Of a stretch of 64,000 bases of DNA, positions 1 through 9,104 are shown in pieces; position 1 is the first letter of the stretch; the number at the start of each line of letters is the position of its first letter. The notes under the pieces are model-generated. The model had not been told where the DNA came from, did no database searches, and saw nothing but the letters and a program-made list of their open reading frames with translations. The translations under genes and the position numbers were made by a program. The stretch comes from Methanobacteriota archaeon (GTDB lineage: Archaea; Thermoplasmatota; Poseidoniia; Poseidoniales; Poseidoniaceae): assembly GCA_002699515.1 (NCBI GenBank), contig PAAW01000025.1, positions 29,000-92,999 of the forward strand. Direction: 5' to 3'.

Positions 1-1779
1 TGACGACATCTCTAAACCTGCTGCAATTCCTATTATTGAATTTAATTTTGAACCTTTAATTGAAATAATCTCTATGATTTGAGGTTTTCCTTGGGTAAGT
101 GTACCAGTTTTATCTAATAGTGCAAGATTAACTTTTGCAATTTTTTCTAAAACATCTCCGCCTTTTGCAATTACACCTTTTTTTGATGCTAATGAAAGTG
201 ATATTGCATGCGGTATTGGAGCACAAAGTAGTAATGCGCAAGGACATGCAGTAACCCAAAGTAGTAGAATAATTCTTAATCTCCCCTCTAATCCTGGTTG
301 TGCTAAATATGATTCAGGCAAAATTAAAGCAACAAAAATAGATCCAAATAGTACTAAGGGGACCCAAATTACTGTAAATAGTTCTAAAACCGTATGTAAT
401 CTAGTTGGATTTTCTTGATATTGTTTTGTTTTATTGATTAATTCACTTAGTCTTGTATCGTTTCCTGTGGCAATAGTTTCAATAATAAGAGGGCCTCTTG
501 TTAATATTAATCCTGCTTCTATAAAATCACCTTTTGAAAGTTGAATTGGTAGGGATTCACCAGTTAATGCTGATTTATCAACAAGACCTTCTCCCGAACA
601 AACAATACCATCTATTGGAATAATTTCACCATTCCTTACTTCAACACGATCACCAATATTTAGGAGACCTATTGGGACCAAGTCAGAATGTCCCACATTC
701 TTCGGTCCTTCATTCCCAGTTAATTTTAGAGATAGTGATTTTATTTTCAAAGGGCCTTTAATATTGGTCTGTACGGATTTAATTAACCTAGCTTCATTTG
801 GTAACCTATTTAATCCACCTTGCATAGCTTCTCTTGCTTTTCTAATTGCTGAAGTTTCTAAATTAGTAGCTAATGCGATTAAAACAGAAATTAATAATGC
901 TTCAAACCATGCTTCAAGAAGAAAACATCCTAATATTGCCATTGTTATTAGTGTTTGAAAATTTAATTGTTTACGTTTCACACCTTGAAAAGACTCTTTG
1001 AATAGTTGCATCGAACAAAAAATCGTTGCTGGAAAAGCAAGAAATGCTACAATATTTGAATCAAATTTAACTGCAAAATATACAATTGGCAATAGTATGA
1101 AGCCTATTAAACCCCCAAGTAATTGCTTTTGATCAGGACGCAACCCCCAATCTCCCATGCCTGCCTTTAAAGTAAAATCAGATCCTGTTATTTCTAATAT
1201 TGCTTTTTCAAATTCCTTTGTTAATTCTTTATCAATATTTGTTGCTAATCTTACTGAAATTAAATCGTTATCAACTCGACTTTCAAGAACCCCTGGTTGG
1301 ATGTTAATTCTATTGATCATTTTCTTTTCATCAATACCTAGTCTTGCTTGGATATTATTCGCATCAACACCTTTGATTTCCCACCATTTTGAATTAGGAG
1401 CATAACCTAAATCACATAATACCTTATTTACAGTTGAAATGTAGTTTTGTTCTAGATCAATTTCAAATGTTACCAAACCAGAAGTAATAGAAACTTCAGT
1501 GTTGGTAACGCCCTTTAAATTATTTAACGAGTTGGAAATTTTCATTGCACAATCAGGACAATCAATTGCATGCACTTCCCAACCTGCTTTCCAAACCCCT
1601 CCTAAAAATGAAGAAAGAGTAGCATCAATTTTTTCGGCCTCAATAACTTCAATGTTCTTTCTTTTGTTAGACTTTTTAGGAACGTCTTTAATGAGAACAT
1701 CCTCTTGAATTTCGTCTGGAAATTTTTGATTTTCATCTTCCTCAAGAATTAAAAAATCATCTTCAAGAGGTTCAGACAT
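1..1779 (-). CDS. copA: heavy-metal (Cu+-type) translocating P-type ATPase; C-terminus cut by window edge
   Basis: Absent from the ORF track because it runs off the window. The minus-strand translation contains DKTGTLT (P-type phosphorylation motif, near nt 100-150). It also has an N-terminal HMA domain with a CPDC metal-binding motif. The ATG start is at 1779..1777 (atgtctgaacct). The small + ORFs at 764-958, 1157-1405 and 1499-1708 lie inside it and are spurious. Confidence 0.85.
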   Translation of the reverse strand, partial: MSEPLEDDFLILEEDENQKFPDEIQEDVLIKDVPKKSNKRKNIEVIEAEKIDATLSSFLGGVWKAGWEVHAIDCPDCAMKISNSLNNLKGVTNTEVSITSGLVTFEIDLEQNYISTVNKVLCDLGYAPNSKWWEIKGVDANNIQARLGIDEKKMINRINIQPGVLESRVDNDLISVRLATNIDKELTKEFEKAILEITGSDFTLKAGMGDWGLRPDQKQLLGGLIGFILLPIVYFAVKFDSNIVAFLAFPATIFCSMQLFKESFQGVKRKQLNFQTLITMAILGCFLLEAWFEALLISVLIALATNLETSAIRKAREAMQGGLNRLPNEARLIKSVQTNIKGPLKIKSLSLKLTGNEGPKNVGHSDLVPIGLLNIGDRVEVRNGEIIPIDGIVCSGEGLVDKSALTGESLPIQLSKGDFIEAGLILTRGPLIIETIATGNDTRLSELINKTKQYQENPTRLHTVLELFTVIWVPLVLFGSIFVALILPESYLAQPGLEGRLRIILLLWVTACPCALLLCAPIPHAISLSLASKKGVIAKGGDVLEKIAKVNLALLDKTGTLTQGKPQIIEIISIKGSKLNSIIGIAAGLEMSS

Positions 1780-1889
1780 AACTATTCGAACATTCCCTAA
1801 ATGATGAATATTTCTATATTTTGTATATTTAAATTCCCAATTGAAAAATTAATTATTCAATTGAATTTTTAATCTAGCCATTCTAAGGA

Positions 1890-1971
1890 TGCCGAGGGCA
1901 GGATTCGAACCTGCGAACCGCTAGGGAGAGGATCTTGAATCCCCCGGAGTTGACCGCTTTCCTACCTCGGC
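1890..1971 (-). tRNA. tRNA-Leu (anticodon CAA), class II with long variable arm; CCA not encoded
   Basis: Reverse complement reads GCCGAGG-TA-GGA..TCC-GGGGA-TTCAAGA-TCCTC-(13-nt variable arm)-GCAGG-TTCGAAT-CCTGC-CCTCGGC-A. It has a 7-bp acceptor stem, a GTTCGAATC T-loop, a 5-bp anticodon stem with one G-U pair, and a 7-nt loop with U33 and anticodon CAA. Confidence 0.7.
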
Positions 1972-2054
1972 AATATTCATTCTGCTGCCTTTGGTACATT
2001 TCAGCCTTGTCGTTATTAATGAATCATTCATAACCTGTCACGTTTTGTTATGGT

Positions 2055-2957
2055 ATGACAGGCATGGCTAAGGACAGTAAAGTAGACTCGTCAATCGACG
2101 AAAGTTTAGCTAAGCAAATCGAAGAGGAATTACATGCAATACTAAGGAGACAAATTAATCGAAGTGGACCTGTACCATTGCCAAGAAAAGATTTCTGGAG
2201 TAAGATTTCAGATTTATGTAATTATCTTGAAGTTGAAGTAAATCGACTAGGTAAGGTTGAAGGTTGGAGTTTAAGGACTCAGGCAGCTGCAAAACGTCAA
2301 TCTAGTATCAGAAGAGCAGCATCTGAATTAGCAAGAAAAAGATTAGTAGCTTTATTAGAACATACTACTACTAAATTATTTACAGCAAATCCATTTCCTG
2401 GAGATAGTGGCCTAAAGTCACAAGGTATTGAATCAATGGATTGGGGCAAACATGATTCTAATGAAAGAGCATTTTATACTCAAGTAGAAGAATTAATTCG
2501 TAAATTTAAACATGATATTCAGTGGGAAAATATTCAATTTGGAGTTTTAGGAGATTTTGAAGAAACTTCAATAAAAGTTCCCTCAGGAACCACGCAACTA
2601 GATGATTTTGCCAAAGAAGATATTACTGAAGATGGGCCTCCTGAATTATTATTTATTGATCAAGAAGAAAATCAAAACTTTATTGATGATTTTGAAGATG
2701 ATGAAGAAAGAATTGCCAATGCAGAAGGTTTTTCTGACCAGCCAATTGATCAAGAAGTTAATGAAAGTGAGTCTAATGGAGAGATTATTGAATCAGAATC
2801 GTTAATGAGAATTAGAATTATTAAAGATGGAGACGAACCATTTATTGATTCTAAAGGTAAGGAATTTATTTTATCAAATGGAGATATCCATCAAATTGAT
2901 GAAGTACTTGCTAATATGTTAATACAATTAGATTATGCTGAGTTAGCAGAACTTTAA
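2055..2957 (+). CDS. hypothetical protein with basic/helical N-terminal half and strongly acidic C-terminal half
   Basis: 300-aa ORF with coding-like composition. The C-terminal ~120 aa are D/E-rich (DDFEDDEERIANAEG..). I recognise no family. Its 3' end overlaps the convergent rpsJ stop by 4 nt. Confidence 0.5.
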   Translation: MTGMAKDSKVDSSIDESLAKQIEEELHAILRRQINRSGPVPLPRKDFWSKISDLCNYLEVEVNRLGKVEGWSLRTQAAAKRQSSIRRAASELARKRLVALLEHTTTKLFTANPFPGDSGLKSQGIESMDWGKHDSNERAFYTQVEELIRKFKHDIQWENIQFGVLGDFEETSIKVPSGTTQLDDFAKEDITEDGPPELLFIDQEENQNFIDDFEDDEERIANAEGFSDQPIDQEVNESESNGEIIESESLMRIRIIKDGDEPFIDSKGKEFILSNGDIHQIDEVLANMLIQLDYAELAEL

Positions 2958-3289
2958 ACAATACTTCTCATTGCTAATTCGATACTAACAGAATCAGGAA
3001 TTGCTATTCTTGCTATTTGCCTTAATGCTACTTCGTCTTTGTTAGTTGCCAATTTAACTTCTAGAAGCCTTTTATGGATTCTCATTTCCCAATGATCGTA
3101 TGTTTCACAACCTTCTCCATCTGGAGACTTTCTACAAGGAACTACTAATCTACGAGTTGGTAATGGTATTGGCCCCCTCATGGAAACTCCTGCATTGTCA
3201 CAAATTGTTTTGATATGTGAACAGACAGAATCTACATCTTCATGTTTTTCGCTAGTAAGTTTGATTACAGTGATACTTGGCATTTGCAA
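2954..3289 (-). CDS. rpsJ: 30S ribosomal protein S10 (uS10)
   Basis: The GPIPLPT motif and overall uS10 pattern are present. It sits immediately downstream of tuf, as in the archaeal tuf-rpsJ operon. Confidence 0.85.
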   Translation of the reverse strand: MQMPSITVIKLTSEKHEDVDSVCSHIKTICDNAGVSMRGPIPLPTRRLVVPCRKSPDGEGCETYDHWEMRIHKRLLEVKLATNKDEVALRQIARIAIPDSVSIELAMRSIV

Positions 3290-3322
3290 ATCACCTTATT
3301 TCATATACTAATTTTTCAAAGA

Positions 3323-4603
3323 TTATTTCTTTTGAATTGCGATACACATTCCAGCAGCTACAGTTTTACCCATATCTCTAATAGCGAATCTACATAGTTC
3401 TGGGAAATCATCTTTTGTTTCAATTGCCATAGGTTTTGTAGGTTGGAATTTAACAGTAGCAGCGTCTCCAGTCTTTAAGAAAGATGGAGTTGAACCGTCT
3501 TTTAGATTCTTCATTAGTTCTACAAATTTAACAGCAACTTTGCTTGTGTGGCAGTGGAATACAGGAGTATAACCTACTGAGATCGCTTTTGGAATATCCA
3601 TGATTTGGATATTACCCACAAATGTCTCATCATGTCTTACATATACTGGAGGTTTGTCTCCGTAACCTGCAACATCTCCTCTTCTAATATCTGTTACTGA
3701 AAGTCCACGGCAGTTGAAACCAACATTATCTCCTGGTTGTGCTCTATCAACTATTGTATGATGCATTTCAATTGATTTAACTTCAGCACTCTTTTCACTT
3801 GGGTTAAATACAACTGTTTTTCCAGAATTTAAAATTCCAGTTTCAACTTTACCTACAGGTACAGTTCCAATTCCACCAATTTTGTAAACATCTTGAATAG
3901 GTAATCTTAGAGGCTTATCTGATGGTTTTGGAGGCATTTGCACGCCATCAATTGCTTCAAATAATGTAGGCCCATTATACCATGGAGCCTTATCTGATTT
4001 GTGAAACACATTGTCTCCATCAAATGAAGAACATGGAATCATTGGAACATCTGCAGGGTTAAATCCAGCAACTTTCAACAAACCACTGACTTCTTCACAT
4101 GTTTGTTTGTATTTGTCTTCTGACCAGTCAACACCAGAAATATCCATTTTATTAACATTAACAATTAATTGAGTGACACCTAACACACGTGCTAAAAATG
4201 CATGTTCCTTTGTTTGTGCGTTTACACCATCGTTAGCTGCGCATAAAAGTACTGCAGCATCAGCTTGTGAAGCACCAGTAATCATATTCTTAACGAAATC
4301 TCTGTGTCCTGGAGCATCAATTACAGTCCAGTAGTAGTTAGGTGTGAAGAATTCTTTGTGAGCTACATCTATTGTAATACCTCTTTCTCTTTCTTCTTTT
4401 AATCCATCCATAACGTAAGCCAATCCAAAACCTGCTTTTCCTTGTTCACTTGCAAGTTTTTCATTCTTTTCGATTACGTGTTCTTCAATGTGACCACTAT
4501 CTAAAAGTAGACGTCCTACTGTTGTCGATTTTCCATGATCTACGTGACCAATAAATACTATATTCAGGTGTTCTTTGTTCTTATCTTCCCATTGTGATGG
4601 CAT
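3323..4603 (-). CDS. tuf: translation elongation factor 1-alpha (aEF-1α)
   Basis: N-terminal G-domain motif NIVFIGHVDHGKST, with DAPGHRDF and NKMD motifs. A TATA-like catatata and a GGAGTG SD-like element lie upstream. Confidence 0.95.
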   Translation of the reverse strand: MPSQWEDKNKEHLNIVFIGHVDHGKSTTVGRLLLDSGHIEEHVIEKNEKLASEQGKAGFGLAYVMDGLKEERERGITIDVAHKEFFTPNYYWTVIDAPGHRDFVKNMITGASQADAAVLLCAANDGVNAQTKEHAFLARVLGVTQLIVNVNKMDISGVDWSEDKYKQTCEEVSGLLKVAGFNPADVPMIPCSSFDGDNVFHKSDKAPWYNGPTLFEAIDGVQMPPKPSDKPLRLPIQDVYKIGGIGTVPVGKVETGILNSGKTVVFNPSEKSAEVKSIEMHHTIVDRAQPGDNVGFNCRGLSVTDIRRGDVAGYGDKPPVYVRHDETFVGNIQIMDIPKAISVGYTPVFHCHTSKVAVKFVELMKNLKDGSTPSFLKTGDAATVKFQPTKPMAIETKDDFPELCRFAIRDMGKTVAAGMCIAIQKK

Positions 4604-4684
4604 CTTTTATCACTCCTTAGCAAGCAGTCCGACCATAAACCTATATATGAAAGAAACTGATTGATAATTATAATATAATACTAA

Positions 4685-5893
4685 TCATTTGAAGGTTAGA
4701 AGTATTCTAAATTCCTTAACATCTGCTTGATTTGATTTATCATTCCAAACATTTACTGTCCACGGCCCAGGATAATATTTCTGTACATGATAACTGCCAG
4801 AAACTTGAGTATATACACAAAAGTCCTCCTCTTCATCACAATCAAAATTTGAATGACCGATTCTTTGTTCATCACTTGTTTCTGAAGTATTTATATCCCA
4901 TTCCTTTGTTTTGTTATATACATAAATATCTATTTTTTGATCTGAAGCTAATTGACCGAATCCAGAACCATCAGGATCTTTCTTTGCATAAGTAAGTTGA
5001 AATTCTGCTCTTTTCAACCTATTTACTGAAGGTGAATCTTCATAAACAGTTACAAATTCAAATTCTTTCCAATTATCATCATTAGATCCATTTCTTCTAG
5101 GTAATGTGAAATCAGTCCATTCACCTACATAATTAATGTAAACTGTAACTTCATCTTTGTCAGTTAACCCTTGATCATCAGTTACTGTTAACTGAACTTC
5201 CCATTTACCAGGGCCTCTATCTTTCCAAGTATATGTTTCTCCCGTTGCATCTACATCATTAGTTGGATCACCATCGCCATCATTATCATGATTTACATCT
5301 AAATCCCATTCATATTTTGATAAATAATGATTAGGATCCTCATGTACACTAGCTGAACCATCTAGTAAAACGTCAATCGTAGCATCTACTTCTCTATCAC
5401 TAATTTCATTTTCTTCACAAATGAAATACAAATAAAATTCTCTTGAAGATTCTGAAGTTTCTTCACCATCACAATCCTCTACTCCCATTCTTGAGCCTGC
5501 ATCAGATTCAGGCCTGATAGAATCTTTTGGAATGACATTAATTTCTTTTGTCATTGTTTGACTAAATTGCCCATCTTCTACTGTTAGTGTAACTATATAT
5601 GTGCCTTCTACAGCATATTCCCATGTAACTTCACTTCCTGATTCCTCTCTTTGAATACCATTAGAATCATCGAAATCCCACATAAATACAAGAATATCAC
5701 CATCTCTATCAATTGTAGCACTTGCATCAAATGTAATGATTTCTTCTGCTTTAATTGAGCCAGAGGGGCTAATCTTCATTGCAATTTCAGGAGGCTGATT
5801 TGATGCAAATGTTTCGGTACACCCAGAGAAAGCAATACTACACATGGACAAAATAATAAAAAGTGATATGGCCTTTCTTCCCATTCTAATCAT
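4685..5893 (-). CDS. secreted PKD-domain lipoprotein/surface protein
   Basis: N-terminal signal peptide with lipobox-like AFSGC. At least two PKD-like repeats are present (..WDFDDSNG..TYIVTLTVEDGQ and ..WEVQLTVTDDQGLTD..). D-rich Ca-binding-like stretches occur. Confidence 0.6.
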   Translation of the reverse strand: MIRMGRKAISLFIILSMCSIAFSGCTETFASNQPPEIAMKISPSGSIKAEEIITFDASATIDRDGDILVFMWDFDDSNGIQREESGSEVTWEYAVEGTYIVTLTVEDGQFSQTMTKEINVIPKDSIRPESDAGSRMGVEDCDGEETSESSREFYLYFICEENEISDREVDATIDVLLDGSASVHEDPNHYLSKYEWDLDVNHDNDGDGDPTNDVDATGETYTWKDRGPGKWEVQLTVTDDQGLTDKDEVTVYINYVGEWTDFTLPRRNGSNDDNWKEFEFVTVYEDSPSVNRLKRAEFQLTYAKKDPDGSGFGQLASDQKIDIYVYNKTKEWDINTSETSDEQRIGHSNFDCDEEEDFCVYTQVSGSYHVQKYYPGPWTVNVWNDKSNQADVKEFRILLTFK

Positions 5894-5937
5894 CTACCTC
5901 TAAAAACACATCACACAATAAACCTACGATTATTTGA

Positions 5938-7371
5938 TTATAATTGAATTGATTTAATTTCTAAAAATTCATCTAATCCATGTAATCCTAATTCTCTTCC
6001 ATTTCCTGACATTTTATATCCTCCAAAAGGAGCATTTACATTGAAATGGCCCCCATTTACACTAACTTGGCCAGTCCGCATTCCTTTTGCAAAATTTATT
6101 GCTCTTTCTTTATTTTCAGACCAAACAGCACCTGATAATCCATAAATTGAATCATTTGCTAGCATCAGAGCTTCTTCTTCAGAATCATAAGTAGTAATTA
6201 CAAGAACAGGTCCAAAAATTTCTTCTTTCCAAATAGTCATTTCAGGAGTAACGTCTGCAAAAACGGTTGGTTTTACAAAGAAACCAGTACTCAAATTTTC
6301 AGGCATTCCAATTCCTCCAGAAATTAAAGTAGCACCTTCATCAAGCCCAGTTTGAATATATTTAGTTACACTAATTTGTTGTTTTGAACTTACCATTGGC
6401 CCACAACGTGTAGATTCATCTAAGGGGTCTCCAACAGTGTATCTTTCAATCCTATTTCTAATAATTTCACAAACTGTTTCTTTCATTTTTAAAGGAATAA
6501 TTAATCTTGTTAATGCAGAACATGTTTGTCCTGAATTTTGATAACAACCACTTATTGCCATTTTTGCGACTAATTCAGGATCAGCGTCATTTAATGCAAC
6601 ATTTGCACTTTTTCCTCCTAATTCCAATGTCACTCGTTTTATTGTAGCGGCGGAAGCCTGACTAACACTAATTCCTGCATTAGTAGATCCAGTAAATGAA
6701 ATCATATCAATATCAGGGTGAGTAGCCATATATTCCCCAACTTCAACTCCATGCCCACTAATTAGATTAAAAACACCATTAGGTAATCCTATGTCATCTA
6801 TTATTTCAGCAAGCATAAAAGCATTTAATGGGGCTTCCTTACTTGGTTTAAGCACCATTGTACAACCAGCTGCTAATGCAGGAGCAACTTTTCCAATTAT
6901 TTGGTGCAATGGAAAATTCCAAGGAGTAATAAATGCACAAACACCAATTGGCTCTTTAACAATTATTGAATTTCTAACTTCTTCTTCCCATTCAAATGTT
7001 TCCAAAATTTTTGCATAGGAGCGAGTAACAACTCTTGGAGTGCCTACCATTGCCATTCTGCTATATCCTATAGGCGTACCTACTTCAGCAGTAATTGTTT
7101 GAGCTAAATCTTCAGTTTTTTCCTTGATAGAGGCAGATAATTTATTCAGAATCTCCATACGTTCATCATATGAAGAATTACTCCATGAATGAAATGCATT
7201 TTTTGCAGCTAATACGGCAGCATCAACATCATTTTGACTACCAACAGGAACAGAACCAATTATTTTTTCATTTGCAGGGTTAACAACTTCAATGATTCCT
7301 TTGCCTGTGGCTTCAACCCATTCTCCATTGATGTACAATTTTTCATATATCTGCATATCAAGGGCGAGCAT
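5938..7371 (-). CDS. NAD(P)-dependent aldehyde dehydrogenase
   Basis: ALDH family motifs ELGGKSANV and EIFGPVLVI, with the catalytic Cys region CSALTRL. Full-length at about 477 aa. Confidence 0.85.
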   Translation of the reverse strand: MLALDMQIYEKLYINGEWVEATGKGIIEVVNPANEKIIGSVPVGSQNDVDAAVLAAKNAFHSWSNSSYDERMEILNKLSASIKEKTEDLAQTITAEVGTPIGYSRMAMVGTPRVVTRSYAKILETFEWEEEVRNSIIVKEPIGVCAFITPWNFPLHQIIGKVAPALAAGCTMVLKPSKEAPLNAFMLAEIIDDIGLPNGVFNLISGHGVEVGEYMATHPDIDMISFTGSTNAGISVSQASAATIKRVTLELGGKSANVALNDADPELVAKMAISGCYQNSGQTCSALTRLIIPLKMKETVCEIIRNRIERYTVGDPLDESTRCGPMVSSKQQISVTKYIQTGLDEGATLISGGIGMPENLSTGFFVKPTVFADVTPEMTIWKEEIFGPVLVITTYDSEEEALMLANDSIYGLSGAVWSENKERAINFAKGMRTGQVSVNGGHFNVNAPFGGYKMSGNGRELGLHGLDEFLEIKSIQL

Positions 7372-7405
7372 GATTGATTATTTGAGTCTCACTAAATATA
7401 AAATA

Positions 7406-7756
7406 TCAAATTATCTCCAAAAAATTCTCTGGCGGCCTCCCAATAATTGCTTTATTTGGAGTTGTAAGCAATGGTCTTTCCATTAGTTTTGGATTTTTTG
7501 CTAATAATTTTGCAACAAATTTCCCATCATCAAGTTTTTCTATATTGATATTTAATTCTTTGAAAAGTTTTTCTTTAATTCTAACTAGGGAATTCGGATT
7601 AGTTGTAAGGTTAATTAATATCTGCTCTAATTCATTTTCTTTTAATGGATTAACAAGATATAGTATAGTCTCAAAAGAAATATTTTTCTCTTCAAGTAAA
7701 TTTTTCGCTTGCCTTGATTTTGAACATCGAGGGTTGTGGAATAATTTATATTGCAT
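7406..7756 (-). CDS. ArsC/Spx-family (arsenate reductase-like) thioredoxin-fold protein
   Basis: MQYKLFHNPRCSKSRQ matches the ArsC/Spx N-terminal CxxS/R motif. The track's longer start at 7786 overlaps serS, so the internal ATG at 7756 was preferred. Confidence 0.6.
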   Translation of the reverse strand: MQYKLFHNPRCSKSRQAKNLLEEKNISFETILYLVNPLKENELEQILINLTTNPNSLVRIKEKLFKELNINIEKLDDGKFVAKLLAKNPKLMERPLLTTPNKAIIGRPPENFLEII

Positions 7757-7766
7757 ATTTTCACCA

Positions 7767-9050
7767 TTAAAAGGGTGCAGGTTCAAGGATCTTTTGACCC
7801 CCCATATATGGTTGCAAAACTTCTGGAATATTTACTCTACCATCTTCTAATTGATTTTGTTCTATGATAGTTACTAGAGCTCTACTTGTAGCAACAGCAG
7901 TTGAATTTAATGTATGTACGGCAGAGTTTCCATCTGCAGTCCTATATCTCATTTTTAATCTATTAGCTTGATAATCAGTACAATTAGAACAAGATACAAT
8001 TTCTTTGTATTCATTAGGGCCAGGTAGCCACGCTTCTAAATCATATTTTCTACTGGCCACTGTACCCATGTCTCCTGTACAAATATTTACAACACGATAA
8101 TGAATTCCTAATGAATTCCATAACTCTATGCAATTTTCTAACATACTTTCATGATGATTCCAAGATTCATCAGGATGACTTATGATTATTTGCTCAATTT
8201 TTGTAAATTGATGAACCCGCCAAATTCCTTTGTCTGATTGACCATGAGCACCTACTTCTCGACGAAAGCATGGGGACACACCTACCAATTTTATTGGAAG
8301 CAAACTTGGTTCAATTATTTCATCCATATACATTGCAGTTAACGGATGTTCACTTGTAGCAATCATGTAATATCCATCTGGTTCAACACCATACATTACA
8401 GTTTCAAAATCTGCTAAATCAGTTACTCCTTCATACGCCTTACGATTCATCATTGTAGGAGGATGCATGAGTGTAAATTTTTTCTCCATCATAAAATCAA
8501 CTGAATATGATTGTAATGCCATTTCTAACCTAGCAAGGTCACCTTTAAGAAAATAAAATCTGCTACCTGTGATTTTCGCTGCTCTAGGTAATTCAGCCCA
8601 ATTATTAATTTCTAGCAATTCATTATGGGTACGAGGCTCAAATGAAAAGTTTGGCTTTGTTCCAAATTCGGAATGTAATGAATTTCCTTCTTCGTCATCT
8701 CCTATTGGAACAGATTCATGAAGAATATTAGGAATGCTCATCCTGATATTATCTCTCTTTTCTTTTAGGTTATTTGCAAGTTTATCAAATTCTTCTATTT
8801 GATTGCCTAAGTCTTTAACTTGATTAAGAATTTCATTCATCTTTTCTTTATTTCCTGATTTTTTAGCATCAGATATTAACTTTGCAGAGTCATTTCTTTT
8901 TTTCCTCGCTAAGTTTTGTTCATAGACCGCTTTTCTCCATTCTTCGTCTAATTTGATAACTTCATTGATTTTATCATGGGACAAACCTCGTTTATCATGA
9001 TCTGCTTTAATGACTTTCGCATTCTCTCTGAAGTCGCTAATATCTAACAT
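7767..9050 (-). CDS. serS: seryl-tRNA synthetase
   Basis: N-terminal coiled-coil tRNA-binding arm followed by a class II catalytic core. 427 aa. Confidence 0.9.
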   Translation of the reverse strand: MLDISDFRENAKVIKADHDKRGLSHDKINEVIKLDEEWRKAVYEQNLARKKRNDSAKLISDAKKSGNKEKMNEILNQVKDLGNQIEEFDKLANNLKEKRDNIRMSIPNILHESVPIGDDEEGNSLHSEFGTKPNFSFEPRTHNELLEINNWAELPRAAKITGSRFYFLKGDLARLEMALQSYSVDFMMEKKFTLMHPPTMMNRKAYEGVTDLADFETVMYGVEPDGYYMIATSEHPLTAMYMDEIIEPSLLPIKLVGVSPCFRREVGAHGQSDKGIWRVHQFTKIEQIIISHPDESWNHHESMLENCIELWNSLGIHYRVVNICTGDMGTVASRKYDLEAWLPGPNEYKEIVSCSNCTDYQANRLKMRYRTADGNSAVHTLNSTAVATSRALVTIIEQNQLEDGRVNIPEVLQPYMGGQKILEPAPF

Positions 9051-9104
9051 GCTATGACTCTCCGAGTTAGCCTTTTGGCTTCAAACCTACGCAAGATTAG
9101 TTTA

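Noticed and set aside
764-1708. Three + strand ORFs (764-958, 1157-1405, 1499-1708) in the first 1.8 kb
   Set aside because: They lie antisense to, and entirely within, the window-truncated CopA P-type ATPase gene (minus strand; DKTGTLT and CPDC motifs). They are hydrophobic or low-complexity mirror-frame artefacts.
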